Made by a program: the position numbers and the translations under genes. Below the pieces are notes generated by a model. That model did no database searches and was not told the DNA's origin. It saw only the letters and a program-made list of their open reading frames with translations. This document shows positions 17,289 through 29,393 of a DNA stretch of 64,000 bases, piece after piece. The DNA is from Microcoleus sp. Lineage in GTDB: Bacteria > Cyanobacteriota > Cyanobacteriia > Cyanobacteriales > Microcoleaceae. The stretch is from assembly GCA_052279835.1 (NCBI GenBank), contig CP181291.1, positions 1,952,001 to 2,016,000 of the forward strand, written 5' to 3'. Within the stretch, counting starts at the first letter, position 1, and the number at the start of each line of letters is the position of its first letter.

Positions 17289-20200
17289 TTAATTTTCCAC
17301 AGCCCCTAAAGCTTTGAGCGTGCATTTTTCAACTTCCGTTAAACCCGTAACACCTGTGATATTCATCCCCTCATAAGGTCGATAGCTTTTCAGTATTTTG
17401 AGGCACTCACCAGTCTCAAAATCCCAAAGTATAATTGTGCCATCACGACAGCAAGCAGCAATAATTTTTCCATTTGAACTCAAAGCAATAGAGTTAATTC
17501 TACTGGTATGACCTGGCAAAATTTTGAGACATTCACCTGTACTGATATCCCATAATCTTACCGTTCCATCGACACTTCCACTCACAACTATTTCACTAGA
17601 AGAACTAAAGGCAAGTGAACGTATCCAATCAGTATGCCCCTGCAAAATTTGGAGGCATTCACCGCTGCGGACATCCCATAGTCTTATTGTTCGATCGACA
17701 CTTCCAGTGGCAAGTATTTCACCATTTGGACTGAAGGCGATCGCGCGTGCCCAACCCGTATGCCCCCGTAAGATGTGGACACATTCACCAGTATGGATAT
17801 CGCACAGCCTCACCGTTCCGTCAAAACCTGCACTGGCAAATATCTCGCCCAAAGGACTGAAAGCAGCCGAGTTTACAGAATTGTTATGCCCGTCCAACGT
17901 TTTGAGGCATTCGCCAGTACCGATATCCCACAACCTCACCGTTTGGTCATAACCTGCACTAGCAAGTATTTCACCCGAAGGACTGAAGGCGATCGATCGT
18001 GTTTCATTGCCAAATTCTGGCAAAGTATGAAGGCATTCACCACTGCGAATATCCCACAGTTTCAGTGTTTGGTCGTAACTAGCGCTGGCAAGTATTTCAC
18101 CCGAAGGATTGAAGGCAACTAAGTTTACCCGATCGAGGTGTCCGCGCAAGATTTGGGGGCATTCATCACTGCTGACATCCCACAGCTTGACTGTTTGCGC
18201 GTCATCGCCGCTGGCAAGCATTTCACCGTTGGGACTAAAGGCGATCGACCTTACTTGATTGCTATGCCCTTGCAGCGTATTCAAGCATTCACCGCTGTTG
18301 ATATCCCACAGCTTCAGCGTTTTATCGTAACTGCCGCTAACAAGTATTTCACCGCCAGGATGGAAGGCGATTGACCCTATTCGATCGTTATGTTCTTGCA
18401 AAGTATTCAAGCATTCACCGCTGTTGATATCCCACAGTTTTGCTGTGCGATCGTGACTGCCACTTGCAAGTATTTCGCCCGAAGGGCTAAAGGCGATCGA
18501 CCGTATTTGATCGAAATGTCCCTCCAAAGTTTTGAGACATTCACCGCTGCTGACATTCCACAGCTTCACTGTTTTGTCGCCACTCCCACTAGCAAGTATT
18601 TCACCACCGGAATTGAAAGCCACTGAAAACACGTTTTTAGTATGTCCCTCCAATATTTTTAGACATTCACCACTGTGGATATTCCATAGCCTTACTGTTT
18701 TGTCACCGCTTCCACTGGCAAACATTTCACCAGCAGGATGGAAAGCGACTGAAAACACATTTTCCGTATGACCGTGCAAAATTTGCAGGCATTCACCCGT
18801 GCGGATATCCCATAACCCGATGGTGCGATCGAAACTCCCGCTAGCGAGCATATTTCCATCAGGATTGAAGGTGACAGACATTACTGATTCGGTATGTCCC
18901 TGCAAAACTTTTAAACATTCACCAGTCTTGATATCCCATAACTCGATCGTTTTGTCATAACTCCCACTAGCAAGGATTTTACCGTCAGGACTGAAGGCGA
19001 CGGACTCCACCACGTTGGTATGTCCTTTACAGGTCAATATTTCTCTGCAACTGCTAGCTTCCCACAAGCGAACTACTCCATCAGTATCACCTGTAGCTAA
19101 CAGTTGGCCATCAGGACTAAATATTACTGACCGAACACCGCCGAAGATTTTAGTAAAAATAGAATTAGTCAAGTTGGATTCAGCAAAATTGACGCGGCGC
19201 AGACTAGCATTTGTCAAATCAGCACCTAAAATAACTGCACGAGAAAGGTCTTTTGCTTCTAACGCAGTGCGATCGATTTTCACCAACAGCGTCGCCGCAT
19301 TCCCTCCCACATAACCTACCTCAATTTCAGTTTTTCCCCGCGTTGCTTCCACAATTTCCAATAATTCCTCCGTAGCTGCCCCTACATCGAGGCAGGGCCG
19401 GCACGAGGACACCGCCCCTACCATTGGTAACAACAAATCCATCACTGCTTTTGTCAACGGCGCGTGTCCGAAACTCTGACAAAGTTGCCCTAAATCTTCC
19501 GCAGCAAATCCCTTTAAAGGCGCGATAAGTTCACCCTTATTTCTCTTCTGCGCCTGAAGCCGACAATAATTAGACCAAGTGTATTCTTGAGGCGCTGCAT
19601 TAGGATCTAAACAAGATTGTTCCGGCGCAACTAATTCAGTAAAATCTGCCGCCAAAACTCCCAATTCCGCTGCAAATTTATAAGCTACAAAAAACTCTAA
19701 TAATGAACGGTGCGCCGGAGTATAATCGCCATCGGCATTGCGGATTAGCATGGTTTGACCCATCATGTCATAATGCCAGTGGTCTAAGTCTTTTTCCTCT
19801 TGGACGACAGAACCAAACAGGCCGCGAATGCGATCGGGAAAACCGCGATAATTGAGGCTCATTTGGTCGGTAGACAGCATTTCCCAAGACAATTCGCACA
19901 AAAAGTAAAGCTTATCTGCTAGCGAAGTAAAAGTCCGTTCAGCTTTGATATCTCTCTCTATCTTCCGCCGCACTGCATACAGATAGATCCGCGACATATC
20001 GACTGGTTTGCCTGCTTCAATATCGGGCAATGCTTCCAAAATTAACTCAGTCATCACCGGGCGGCGCGCTAAATCTAATAGTTGCGGGTTTCCCATCACT
20101 TTTTCGACAGTAGCCGCTTCTGTTTGAAATGACAGCGCTTGCCCAATTTGTTCGTCGTTAAATTTCTCTAATTCTAAGACTTCAAATTGGGGAGTTTCGC

Positions 20201-21785
20201 CTGTTAAAATAGTTGTTGATGCTTGCAGTTCTGCATTGAACAATGCCCGTCCTTCCTTGCCTTCGGGAAAGTGTTCGGTGCGGCAAGTTAAGATGACTTT
20301 TGCGCCGGGAACTACGGCTTTTGCTAGTTCCCAGAAGTTGTTGATGGTTTCTTGCCGATCGCACTTAGCGGCCATTTCATCAAAACCATCGAAAATCAAC
20401 AGAAACTTGCCCATGCGATTTAGCTGTTCAAAAGCTGAATAACCAGCCAAAGGTATCTCGTGTTTCCGAAAGAAAAACTCGGAGAATAGCGACTCCACAC
20501 TAACTGCTTTGGCGTAATCTCGCAGCGGAATTACTAACGGCAACCGCGGACGTTGCAAGCCGCCTTTTTTAGCTTTTTTGTAGCGTTGCAGCGCCATCCA
20601 AGCATAGTGCATCGCAAACCAAGTTTTCCCCGTCCCAAATTCTCCTAAAACTGAAATATGTTCTTTTACGGGGTCATCCAACCACAGGTCAATATAACCT
20701 TCAATCCAGCCATCTCCCTCGCCATAATGACTCACTCCTATTTTGCGGTGAGTATCGGGGTCAATTTCTTCTTTTGTACAAGCTAGGGGGACGTATTTTG
20801 TATTAATTTTTCGGCTGGTAATTTCTGTCTCTAGCCAATCGAGATAAGCGGTAAAATCGGCATCTTGGTCGAGCAATTCATCGAAAGTATAGCAAGCTAA
20901 ATCGCGATTTTCATCTTTCTTTACTTCATCCCGCGCGGCGCTACTGATGCGGCGGGCGGTGACTAACCAGCCTTCATCGGTGCGCTGTTTTTTCACCGAT
21001 TCGCGCAAGGCTAAGATGTCCTTGAGTCCGGCTTCTCCGGCAATTCCGCGGACTAAAATGCGATCGTACCGATTGCGTCTGACGGGAACATTGATAATCC
21101 ATTCAAAATAATTATCTTCCCAAATTTCATATTTTTCAAATTTATAACTTAAGGTTTCAAACCAACCGCGAACTTGTTGTGATAAAATAAAAGCTTGAGA
21201 CTTTTGAATATTCGTTGATGCTGCTGCGGGAAGTGCGGGAACATCTTCCGTTTCCAACCTGGCAAATTCGGTGCGAATTCCTTCTATGGTGGGAAGACGT
21301 TCGATGCGATCGAGTACCAGAGATAGGCGTTTTTGCAAGGAAGCGATCGCATTTCCCACCATCACATCTCCCAGCGTCCGCGTCCGCTTTGCTACTTCCA
21401 TAAACACGGCCGCAAAAGCCATGAATTCCCGTCTGGGGTCAATCCCTAAATCTCGAATTTCTTTACCTAAAGCAGACTCATTGAGATAATCTTCCCCAGC
21501 TTTAATTAAAATGGCTGGGCTATCGGACTCGAAAGCTTTGCGAAATGCCTGTTCAATCTCTGTTTGGCGAAATAGTTCTAAAATCTGTTTGGGTTTGCCA
21601 GCGCCGTATTCTACTAAAGTATAAACATAAACTCCGCTAAAATCTGCGGGCGGAGCATCAGGGTCGAGGTTAAATTTTTTTAATAATTTAATGACACTTT
21701 CGTTGCGCTGAAGCTTGTCTCTGAGGGTGCCGAAGGGAATTGCTGTCAGGAGACTGATAACTAAGTCGAGACTAATTGGGATCAT
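17289..21785 (-). CDS. NLR-like STAND protein: N-terminal helical/REase-like region, NACHT NTPase, pentapeptide repeats, 14 WD40 repeats
   Basis: Walker A GEFGTGKT, Walker [17 protein letters not shown](D/N)L pentapeptides; 14 42-aa GH...SVAFSP...WD repeats. Confidence 0.93.
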   Translation of the reverse strand: MIPISLDLVISLLTAIPFGTLRDKLQRNESVIKLLKKFNLDPDAPPADFSGVYVYTLVEYGAGKPKQILELFRQTEIEQAFRKAFESDSPAILIKAGEDYLNESALGKEIRDLGIDPRREFMAFAAVFMEVAKRTRTLGDVMVGNAIASLQKRLSLVLDRIERLPTIEGIRTEFARLETEDVPALPAAASTNIQKSQAFILSQQVRGWFETLSYKFEKYEIWEDNYFEWIINVPVRRNRYDRILVRGIAGEAGLKDILALRESVKKQRTDEGWLVTARRISSAARDEVKKDENRDLACYTFDELLDQDADFTAYLDWLETEITSRKINTKYVPLACTKEEIDPDTHRKIGVSHYGEGDGWIEGYIDLWLDDPVKEHISVLGEFGTGKTWFAMHYAWMALQRYKKAKKGGLQRPRLPLVIPLRDYAKAVSVESLFSEFFFRKHEIPLAGYSAFEQLNRMGKFLLIFDGFDEMAAKCDRQETINNFWELAKAVVPGAKVILTCRTEHFPEGKEGRALFNAELQASTTILTGETPQFEVLELEKFNDEQIGQALSFQTEAATVEKVMGNPQLLDLARRPVMTELILEALPDIEAGKPVDMSRIYLYAVRRKIERDIKAERTFTSLADKLYFLCELSWEMLSTDQMSLNYRGFPDRIRGLFGSVVQEEKDLDHWHYDMMGQTMLIRNADGDYTPAHRSLLEFFVAYKFAAELGVLAADFTELVAPEQSCLDPNAAPQEYTWSNYCRLQAQKRNKGELIAPLKGFAAEDLGQLCQSFGHAPLTKAVMDLLLPMVGAVSSCRPCLDVGAATEELLEIVEATRGKTEIEVGYVGGNAATLLVKIDRTALEAKDLSRAVILGADLTNASLRRVNFAESNLTNSIFTKIFGGVRSVIFSPDGQLLATGDTDGVVRLWEASSCREILTCKGHTNVVESVAFSPDGKILASGSYDKTIELWDIKTGECLKVLQGHTESVMSVTFNPDGNMLASGSFDRTIGLWDIRTGECLQILHGHTENVFSVAFHPAGEMFASGSGDKTVRLWNIHSGECLKILEGHTKNVFSVAFNSGGEILASGSGDKTVKLWNVSSGECLKTLEGHFDQIRSIAFSPSGEILASGSHDRTAKLWDINSGECLNTLQEHNDRIGSIAFHPGGEILVSGSYDKTLKLWDINSGECLNTLQGHSNQVRSIAFSPNGEMLASGDDAQTVKLWDVSSDECPQILRGHLDRVNLVAFNPSGEILASASYDQTLKLWDIRSGECLHTLPEFGNETRSIAFSPSGEILASAGYDQTVRLWDIGTGECLKTLDGHNNSVNSAAFSPLGEIFASAGFDGTVRLCDIHTGECVHILRGHTGWARAIAFSPNGEILATGSVDRTIRLWDVRSGECLQILQGHTDWIRSLAFSSSSEIVVSGSVDGTVRLWDISTGECLKILPGHTSRINSIALSSNGKIIAACCRDGTIILWDFETGECLKILKSYRPYEGMNITGVTGLTEVEKCTLKALGAVEN

Positions 21786-22008
21786 TTAGGCTTTCCTCTT
21801 TATCGGTGGGAGTCATTCTCGAATCTCAAAATCGCAAACTGCTCTAATTTTATGTTAACGCATAAGCCCACGGTTAGACACACATAATTATAAACATAGG
21901 CTGCTGTATACTATAAAGTAGGGAAAAGCGCCCTGTCCGATTGCGGTAACACTCGGACAAGACGACTACTCCAAATGTTGAAACAACCAACAAGGGAGCA
22001 TATTAATT

Positions 22009-22242
22009 ATGTCACAACCTCGGTATAATGAAGAAACAAACGAGACGCGCCATGCAGCTACAAGCGAAGAAGCTTGCACTAAGATGGAAGAAAAATACGG
22101 TTGGCAGCTTAAAAATGTAGAAGAGACTGGCAATTCTATTTTGAGTGTTGATTGCATTTTTGATGGAAATTGCGAGTTTCCACCGTCGCCAATGGACTTG
22201 AGTCAAGGTGATTACCTGAAGGAGAGAAAAGGAGATGCGTAA
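22009..22242 (+). CDS. Small hypothetical protein
   Basis: 77 aa, ATG start with upstream GGGAG, overlaps the next gene. Confidence 0.6.
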   Translation: MSQPRYNEETNETRHAATSEEACTKMEEKYGWQLKNVEETGNSILSVDCIFDGNCEFPPSPMDLSQGDYLKERKGDA

Positions 22243-22717
22243 ATACATTATTTTCAGAGCCCAAAAAGGTGAACTGGAAAAATACCGTTCACTCACTGAA
22301 ACTAAAGTTGGAGAAAGCTTTTACCGAGTAGCTAATGTAGGCTCGGTTAAGTCATTGATTTGGACATTAGCTGAACATTATGACTCTAGCGATCGGCCAT
22401 CCCCAGCAGCGGGCTATCGTTTAACCGAAAGCGTAGTTATGCCAAGTGCGATCGCCCCAACGTTTCCCACTGCATCAACTCATTTCAGAGACAGTGGCTG
22501 GGAAGTTGTGAAAGTTCACGAATACACCCCTGAAATTCCGGCCCCCTATGGCGCAGAATTTGACTCAATTTGTATCTGCTATTGCGCCTATAAGCCAATA
22601 GAAAATGCTCCACTCAAACAATACCAGCGATCGCCTGTCACCCTTGATTCATTCGGAGGCGATCGAGCTGCTTACGATCGTTGGCTAGAATCCCAAAAAC
22701 TACCTGCTGAAGTTTAA
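22235..22717 (+). CDS. Hypothetical protein
   Basis: 160 aa, AAGGAG RBS, start overlaps the upstream ORF. Confidence 0.7.
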   Translation: MRKYIIFRAQKGELEKYRSLTETKVGESFYRVANVGSVKSLIWTLAEHYDSSDRPSPAAGYRLTESVVMPSAIAPTFPTASTHFRDSGWEVVKVHEYTPEIPAPYGAEFDSICICYCAYKPIENAPLKQYQRSPVTLDSFGGDRAAYDRWLESQKLPAEV

Positions 22718-22923
22718 TGAACAGGACTGACTGGCGGGAGAGTATAAACCAGTTTTTTGACTCCTAATCCGTCAGTCAGATTAACATTTTTCACACAATT
22801 TAGCAACTATAAAAACGAGAAAAAACCGACACATATAGTAGTAAAATAATCTCTAATATTAGTTGTTATCTCATGGTTGCAAAAGTTAAAATATAGATAA
22901 CTTACAAATAAAAATTGCTATCT

Positions 22924-23280
22924 ATGAAAATACAATCTTCCGTCTTAGTCCACCTAGGATTTGGCAAATATGTGCGATCGGACCGAGTAACAGCAGTCAT
23001 CCCAATCGAAGAAGAACGCGGCCCCGGACGACGGACTTTCGTGCACATAGACGGCGAACCAGACCCCATCGTTGCTTCCCGCGCTGAAGACACAATTATC
23101 CGCGATTTGGTGCAAGAACCGCGCGAAATTACTCAAGCTCGCCAACAACAGGAAATCCTCCAAGATTTGCTGGCTGATTTGAGCAATGTCAACGTCACCG
23201 TGCGTCGCATTAGCCGCGATGAAGGTGGACTAGACCTCGAACGTTTAGAACGTCGGATTCGCCAAATCTTAGAAGCCTAA
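22924..23280 (+). CDS. RemA/DUF370-like protein
   Basis: LVHLGFGKYVRSDRVTAVIP resembles the xxIGFGNxV N-terminal motif. Confidence 0.6.
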   Translation: MKIQSSVLVHLGFGKYVRSDRVTAVIPIEEERGPGRRTFVHIDGEPDPIVASRAEDTIIRDLVQEPREITQARQQQEILQDLLADLSNVNVTVRRISRDEGGLDLERLERRIRQILEA

Positions 23281-23409
23281 ACACAAAAGACCGCCCGTGC
23301 GGTCTCCCTCCCAAAGCCACCTAATTTATCTTCTCTACTCTCTTAGTCCGCCCAGGCGGACTTTGTTTCTGTAGGCGCGAATTATCTTCGCCGGACTTGA
23401 TTTGTGTAG

Positions 23410-24378
23410 TTACAAAGTCTCCTTCAAAACAACTTTGATATCCGACAAACCCGTAAGTTTTTCCGTCACAGGTTCCTCTTCAACGCGGGGTACAAACACA
23501 GTTAACCCCCCCGGTACACACTCGATCGACAGCGGTGTCATGCCGATAATTTCCCCATCTAAAACAACTTTTTGAGGTGGATCGGTAGTAATTTTGATTT
23601 TTTTGGCTCGCATATAACCTATGTCATCCCGATCGCTCGCATTCCCAGTCAAAGCAGTTTGCAATAGGTGATAAGAAGCTGCGATCGCCCCAGCTTTATT
23701 CACAGGTGCCACCAGAGTCACATCCAGCAAACCATCATCAAAAATAATCCCCGCCGGCCCTTGAGCTAAAATAGAAGTAGGCGGCGCGGCATTCGCCACC
23801 GTAACAGCCACAGCAGTAACACTGACGATCTTATCTTCTGTTTCGATTTCCGCTTCAAACCTTTCTAAGTTATTTAACTGTTTAATCCCCGACAAAACAT
23901 AAGCCAACATTCCCCAGCGATTTTTCATTTCGCGATCGGCTAATTCCACAGTTTCCGCCTCAAAACCAACTCCCGCCAACAAAACCATCGGCAGTTCACC
24001 GTTACAAATACCCGCATCCACCACCCGCGTTAAGCCTCCCACAATCGTTTCGCAGGCCGTTTGAATTGTATTCGGCAGATCTAAAGCATTGGCAAAAGCA
24101 TTCGCAGTTCCCCGCGAAATAATGCCCAAGGGAATATTTGTGCCGACAATCGCACCGGCAACCGCCGACAAAGTACCATCACCACCGGAAGCAATAATGG
24201 ACTCAACGCCTCTAGAAACCGCTTCTAGGGCAATTTCGGCCGCATCTAATTCAGGTGTGGTCAGCCGAATATCCAAGTCGATCTCAGATTCCAAAAGTTG
24301 CTGAATTAAAGCTAAATCTTGGTCGGGATCGCTTTGACCGGCAGCGGGATTAAAAATTAGGCAAGCAGAACGTTTCAT
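23410..24378 (-). CDS. YegS/Rv2252/BmrU-family lipid (diacylglycerol) kinase
   Basis: IFNPAAG, SGGDGT, GTANAFA, DDGLLDV, LDGE. Confidence 0.92.
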   Translation of the reverse strand: MKRSACLIFNPAAGQSDPDQDLALIQQLLESEIDLDIRLTTPELDAAEIALEAVSRGVESIIASGGDGTLSAVAGAIVGTNIPLGIISRGTANAFANALDLPNTIQTACETIVGGLTRVVDAGICNGELPMVLLAGVGFEAETVELADREMKNRWGMLAYVLSGIKQLNNLERFEAEIETEDKIVSVTAVAVTVANAAPPTSILAQGPAGIIFDDGLLDVTLVAPVNKAGAIAASYHLLQTALTGNASDRDDIGYMRAKKIKITTDPPQKVVLDGEIIGMTPLSIECVPGGLTVFVPRVEEEPVTEKLTGLSDIKVVLKETL

Positions 24379-24633
24379 AAATAATTCCTAACAGGTAAGT
24401 AGAAGGAAGAAGTCACCCCCTTCCAGCCCAGGGCTGTTTCATTCTCCGAAAAACAGGGATGAGTTAAGGGTAGTACCTTTCTTTGCCTACCCCGCCCAGC
24501 CCCCCGTGCCTGCCCCCCGTGCCTGCCCCAAGGGGGGAGAGGGAATCGGGGAAATTCAGGAAGTAAAGAGGAAGGAAGAAGTCGCCCCACTCTGCCTACT
24601 CTCCTGAAGCAGAAGCTAGTTCTAAAATTTTAA

Positions 24634-25362
24634 CTAAGACTTGACAAAAGTCCACTCCAACAATTTTTTGGGGGCTTTATGCAAGGCTTCTTTAATTTCC
24701 TCGTTGCTGTCAAACTTGGCTTGATTCAAATAGGATGCTTCCACATTCACAGTAAACTTTTCTTCGCCAAAGGGCCAAGGAGTTACTGTCAGAAGTTCGT
24801 TGCTATGTTGCACAACATCGTACCGTTGGCCGTCAGGACCGACGCTAATTTCTAAAGCTCGTTCTCCAGCGGGTAACTCCCGGCAGCACAGAATTAAAGA
24901 TAGCCGATCGCACCACTGGAAAAAAGCATAAGCTGACTCAGCATCCTCCTTTTTAATCTTCAACTCCTTGCGCCATTTTTCTTGATTTTCCAATTGTTGA
25001 TCCAAAAACTCGTCCAGTTCCTTCAACTCTCCCCGCTTTCCTTCAATGAGATAGCTCATGTGCATAGAAATCAGCAGGGCTACCCACCTACCACGATATA
25101 GCGCATTCTGCGTCATGGCTTTGAGTTTCGGCACACAAATTTCCGTTTGTAGCGTAAAGTCCAAGGGCGCGCCCGCCTCAGTTAAGATGTCTTCTTCCCA
25201 CTCTTTTTCCAAATCGTCGTGATGGGAAATAGCTGCTATGGTTTCGTACAAGCGAACGGGAGACTCAGAACGTTTCCACTGTCCGCCAAGTTGCGCCGCC
25301 AGCAAAGCATGGGCGCGGTGATAAATAATTTCCCAACCAGTGGCGGTTAAGTTAGCAATCAT
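24634..25362 (-). CDS. DUF3891-like protein
   Basis: HRAHALLAAQL, AISHHDD, ALLISMH, CDRLSLILC, PWPF; start placed at MIANLT. Confidence 0.8.
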   Translation of the reverse strand: MIANLTATGWEIIYHRAHALLAAQLGGQWKRSESPVRLYETIAAISHHDDLEKEWEEDILTEAGAPLDFTLQTEICVPKLKAMTQNALYRGRWVALLISMHMSYLIEGKRGELKELDEFLDQQLENQEKWRKELKIKKEDAESAYAFFQWCDRLSLILCCRELPAGERALEISVGPDGQRYDVVQHSNELLTVTPWPFGEEKFTVNVEASYLNQAKFDSNEEIKEALHKAPKKLLEWTFVKS

Positions 25363-25564
25363 GACAATTTTATCCTTAGTAAGCTGGATTTTTTGTGGAC
25401 ATAATCGATCGCACTTCGATGAGACATCTGGCACAATTCTGACGGGATAGGCATCAGTCCCCTAGACAGCCTATTTACCAGATGTCAGCTTGATTGTTGA
25501 GCAGCAACTGTGTTAGTAATGCCCAAGGCCCAGATGAAAAAGCACCCGGAGTGATGGATGGATG

Positions 25565-27166
25565 CTAAATCACAAAAGGTTCGATCGCACTATCCTGCCA
25601 CTTCCCGCCAAATCGTTCCGCCACCAAAGGTCGGACTCGGAACTTGGGCGGGGACCCATCCAAAACATCAATCCGCAAACACGAATAAGGACGGCGTTTC
25701 TGGGAACCTTGACCGCTGCGGCCGACATATAGCAAAGATTCCGCTACCGGGTGGCCGACTTTTTTTCCCTCCGCCGATCGCGCCAACTGATACACTGGAT
25801 AACCGGAAGCTTCCTCCAACACTGGCCCTTCGACACGCTGACGACGCAGACTGTGCCCGCTTCCCCCACAGATAATCCAATTAATATGAGAATCAGCGTG
25901 CCCGGTATCCCCAGTCCGCAGGTATTCCAGACAATGAGCGTGGCCAGTCAGCACTAAATCTACTAACGGACGCCCCCGCAACCCATCCCCAACTTCCCGC
26001 GCCACCGCATCGAATACCTCCCGTAAATGCCACCGAACAGCCAAAGTTTGAGCTTGATTCCACTTGGTCGCCTCAGTCACGTAGGGGGGATGGTGCAGGT
26101 AAATTACGCGCCCCCGCACCTGGGAATCAGCCCAAGATGCAATCAAACCTCGTTTCAGCCATTCGAGTTGTTCAAAGTCAGTAGCCGCGGTTTGGTCCGG
26201 GGAGAGTTGTTTGTCAATATCCATCAGCATTTCGTCAACTTGCGTTAATTTGGCACGCAAGTCATCTAGCTGTTCGGCTTCCGACGGAATTTCCGGCTTC
26301 AGACGAGCGGAGGTTTCCAGCATTTCGGTTTTTTCTTGCTCCAATTTCTCCCTTTCTTGTGCCAAATTCCGGCGGCGAAGGTCGCCCTCTTTGGTTTTTG
26401 GGAGTGGCAAAGGTTCGTTAAAGGTGTTGGAATCGAGAGCAAAGAAGTCAATGCCACCACTGCGGAAACTGTAGTAACGGTTGGGTAAGCGGGTAAAGCG
26501 TCCTGGTTGGTAGCGCAAGCAGCGGCCGGTGTTGGTTTGAGCCGTGTAGTGGGTGTCTAGGTGGCGATCGAGTTCTCCCGGCAGTTTGTGAGCTTGCAGG
26601 TAGTCGAGAAAGGCTTTAGCATAGGCATTGCCGCGATCGGAACCGTGCCAGCCTACATCCAGATCTAACTTTGAGCCTAACAGGTGGCGCAGTGGCTGTG
26701 CCGTAGCCGAGAGAATGCCGTAGACGAGGGGTAAGTCGTAATAGTCGTGATTTCCCGGTACTGGTAGGAACGGAAAATTGAATATCATGCGATCGTAGGC
26801 AATCCGAGATGGCGCATCGCCACCCACTAGAAACTCGCGATAAGGGCGAATGAAGTTTTGCAAATAGTATTCGCTGGAACCGACTAGATAAACGACATCG
26901 CCTGTATGCAGCAGGAAACGGCAATTTTGGCGCTCGTGCAGCATCAGTTCCGCAACTTGGCGCTGGGGGTTGTGGCCCCGGTGGTTGCCGGTGCCGCTGT
27001 CCCCTGCTACTAAAAACGAAAACTCTGGATCGTCTGGAACTCGATCGTCCAAAATTATCTTAGTTTGGTCGATCGCCCGATCGGCGATCGATTTATCTTG
27101 CCACCGTACCCGCTCTTTCATCTTGCGGACTTTTACCGAAATTGGCGGGTCGGACACGAATTTCAC
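25565..27166 (-). CDS. Calcineurin-like metallophosphoesterase
   Basis: GDSG, HTGDVVY, PGNHDY, HHPPY, GHAH. Confidence 0.9.
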   Translation of the reverse strand: MKFVSDPPISVKVRKMKERVRWQDKSIADRAIDQTKIILDDRVPDDPEFSFLVAGDSGTGNHRGHNPQRQVAELMLHERQNCRFLLHTGDVVYLVGSSEYYLQNFIRPYREFLVGGDAPSRIAYDRMIFNFPFLPVPGNHDYYDLPLVYGILSATAQPLRHLLGSKLDLDVGWHGSDRGNAYAKAFLDYLQAHKLPGELDRHLDTHYTAQTNTGRCLRYQPGRFTRLPNRYYSFRSGGIDFFALDSNTFNEPLPLPKTKEGDLRRRNLAQEREKLEQEKTEMLETSARLKPEIPSEAEQLDDLRAKLTQVDEMLMDIDKQLSPDQTAATDFEQLEWLKRGLIASWADSQVRGRVIYLHHPPYVTEATKWNQAQTLAVRWHLREVFDAVAREVGDGLRGRPLVDLVLTGHAHCLEYLRTGDTGHADSHINWIICGGSGHSLRRQRVEGPVLEEASGYPVYQLARSAEGKKVGHPVAESLLYVGRSGQGSQKRRPYSCLRIDVLDGSPPKFRVRPLVAERFGGKWQDSAIEPFVI

Positions 27167-27250
27167 GCCACTTCATCTCCCAAATAGTTGAATTCCTAGT
27201 TAATAGTGCGACGAGCGAGGGAGTTTTTGCATCTCTCTAAAAGCAGAAAA

Positions 27251-27370
27251 TTGACTCAAGCAGATATTACTTTAACTCAGAAGGAAAAGCTGAAAATTCA
27301 TAAAGTAGTCCAGCAACTTTTGTCAACCCTCAACCCAGAAAAATTACTGTGAGATTGGCACCGCAGGAAG
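27251..27370 (+). pseudogene. Fragment resembling the C-terminus of type I restriction subunit HsdR
   Basis: LTQADITLTQKEKLKIHKVVQQLLSTLNPEKLL*DWHRRK; internal stop, no start. Confidence 0.5.
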
Positions 27371-27632
27371 CTGACTTTCCACCATCCCAAAGCTTTTGTC
27401 GGCTTTACTGTAATTCAAGATACCGATCGCCTCTGTTTGACCCCTGGCCACAAATCTCGAAGTTTTAATGTTTTAAATTTCCTCTCTCCCCCTGTCTCCC
27501 CCCTTATCGCCTTCTGCCTCTGTCTCCCTGAAATGCGAGCAGTTTTGATTGATGAATCATGGCACGATCGCAGCGCATTTTGATACCATTCAATCAAACG
27601 GAGGAATCAGGGAATGCACGGGAGGTGCGTAA

Positions 27633-29018
27633 ATGGAACTCTTTGGAGAACAAAAACGGTGCTTGGATTGCTTAGTCACGTCGATCGAACAATTAGGAGG
27701 TCGAGTAGACGTTCCCAAGCTTGAGCAGATAGCAGAGCTCATCATTCAAACGATGAGGGGGCCTTGGCGCTATTTTCACACGTCGGAACATATTTTTGAG
27801 GTCGGGGGGTCTGTCGATCCGATCGAAGTGTTGGCGGCGCTATTTCACGACCTGGTGTACGTGCAAGTCGATCAGGGAGTAAATTTTAATATCAGTAGCG
27901 CCCTTTGTCCTTTTGTCAAGGAGGTGCGATCGCAGTTAGTGATTAGGGATGAAGCCGAACTCCCCAACGATGCTATGTATAAGCTCGTGGCGGCCGTATT
28001 TGGGTTTGTCCCAGGTCAAACTCTCTCTCCTTTTGCCGGTCAAAATGAATTCTTGAGTGCGGTGATTGCAGGGAAATGTTTGGAACCTTTTTTGCTTCCT
28101 AGGACGATCGTTCAGATTGCAGCCTGCATTGAAGCTACTATTCCTTTTCGTGGAGTTTCGCCCAGTGGCTTAAGTGCGATCGAACTTTTGCACCAGCGTT
28201 TGGCCAATGTAAATCGCGATTTTAATTTAGGATTAACAGATGCAGAACTATGCGAAATTGTCAAGCGATCGGTCAGATTAGCAAATCGCGATGTCGAGAA
28301 TTTTGCCTCTCCCAATTCCTCTAACTTCTTAGACAATACTTGGAATTTGATGCCCGAAACCAACCACGAATTGAGCAACGTCAATTCCTATACTGTGGGT
28401 GGATATCGCCGCTCCTTGCAAAAAATGGAAGGGTTTTTGAATTTCCTCAAACCCGAACTGGTTTTTCAGCAGTTCATGGAAGAACCGGACGATGAAACCT
28501 ACACTAACATGATTGCCCGCACCAGAAAGAATATTGCAGTTGCCAAACTGTATTTGGGTATCAAGCTGATTACGATCGCTATTTTAGAAGCCCTTTCCTA
28601 CCGTTTGGGTCGCGACATTCCCCTTTCTACTATGATGGGAGAATTACGCGCACCGGGCTTTACAACCTCTGCCTTAGAGGATTACTTACCAGAGCGCAAT
28701 ATCGCCTATCCTCTCGAAAATCAGTTACAAAAACAAGTTTTAGATTTGTTAGAGATAGGACGCAATCAAGAATCTCCCTATGATATTAAAAACTCCCCTG
28801 TTTCTACCTTTATTATCAAATCTATTGGCTTTGCAGAAACTGACACTTTTTTGAAAAAAGCTCACGATTTTTTCGCAGGTCATATTTCTTCAGAAGAACT
28901 TCTATCCTCCTGCGATGCTGAGGTTATTGACACCATAGCATCCGGAGTTATGAAACTTTTTGATAGTAGAAAGATGGCTTTAGGGAAAGTTCAATTAGCA
29001 CATAAGGTGATTTCTTAG
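27633..29018 (+). CDS. Conserved hypothetical protein, HD-like metal-binding motifs
   Basis: RYFHTSEH, AALFHDLVY, IEATIPF; GGAGG RBS. Confidence 0.8.
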   Translation: MELFGEQKRCLDCLVTSIEQLGGRVDVPKLEQIAELIIQTMRGPWRYFHTSEHIFEVGGSVDPIEVLAALFHDLVYVQVDQGVNFNISSALCPFVKEVRSQLVIRDEAELPNDAMYKLVAAVFGFVPGQTLSPFAGQNEFLSAVIAGKCLEPFLLPRTIVQIAACIEATIPFRGVSPSGLSAIELLHQRLANVNRDFNLGLTDAELCEIVKRSVRLANRDVENFASPNSSNFLDNTWNLMPETNHELSNVNSYTVGGYRRSLQKMEGFLNFLKPELVFQQFMEEPDDETYTNMIARTRKNIAVAKLYLGIKLITIAILEALSYRLGRDIPLSTMMGELRAPGFTTSALEDYLPERNIAYPLENQLQKQVLDLLEIGRNQESPYDIKNSPVSTFIIKSIGFAETDTFLKKAHDFFAGHISSEELLSSCDAEVIDTIASGVMKLFDSRKMALGKVQLAHKVIS

Positions 29019-29393
29019 AATATGTTTGCACAATCTTAAAAAGTTCGCGATCGCAGAAACCTGGTTTCTTGAGTTCAGCCACGATGTCCGGTTAGTGGGA
29101 CTTATATTGTTGACCGTTGCATCGGAATGATTTAACCGGACCTAGAACGCAGAGAACACAGAGGGAGATAAGAGAGATGAATGCAGACCGATGCTACCGG
29201 ATTTGATATTAGACATTTTAAGGCCCCTAAAGGGCAGGGCGGTTTCATTCTCGGTTGATGGGCAGGGCTGTTTCATTCTGGTGACAAATCATCATTTTGT
29301 AGGGGTAGTGCCTTTCTTTGCCTACCCTCCCCGTCTACTTTAGCTATGAGTCTGGGGTTTGAACCCCAGGCGGACTAATTCGACATCCAACTT

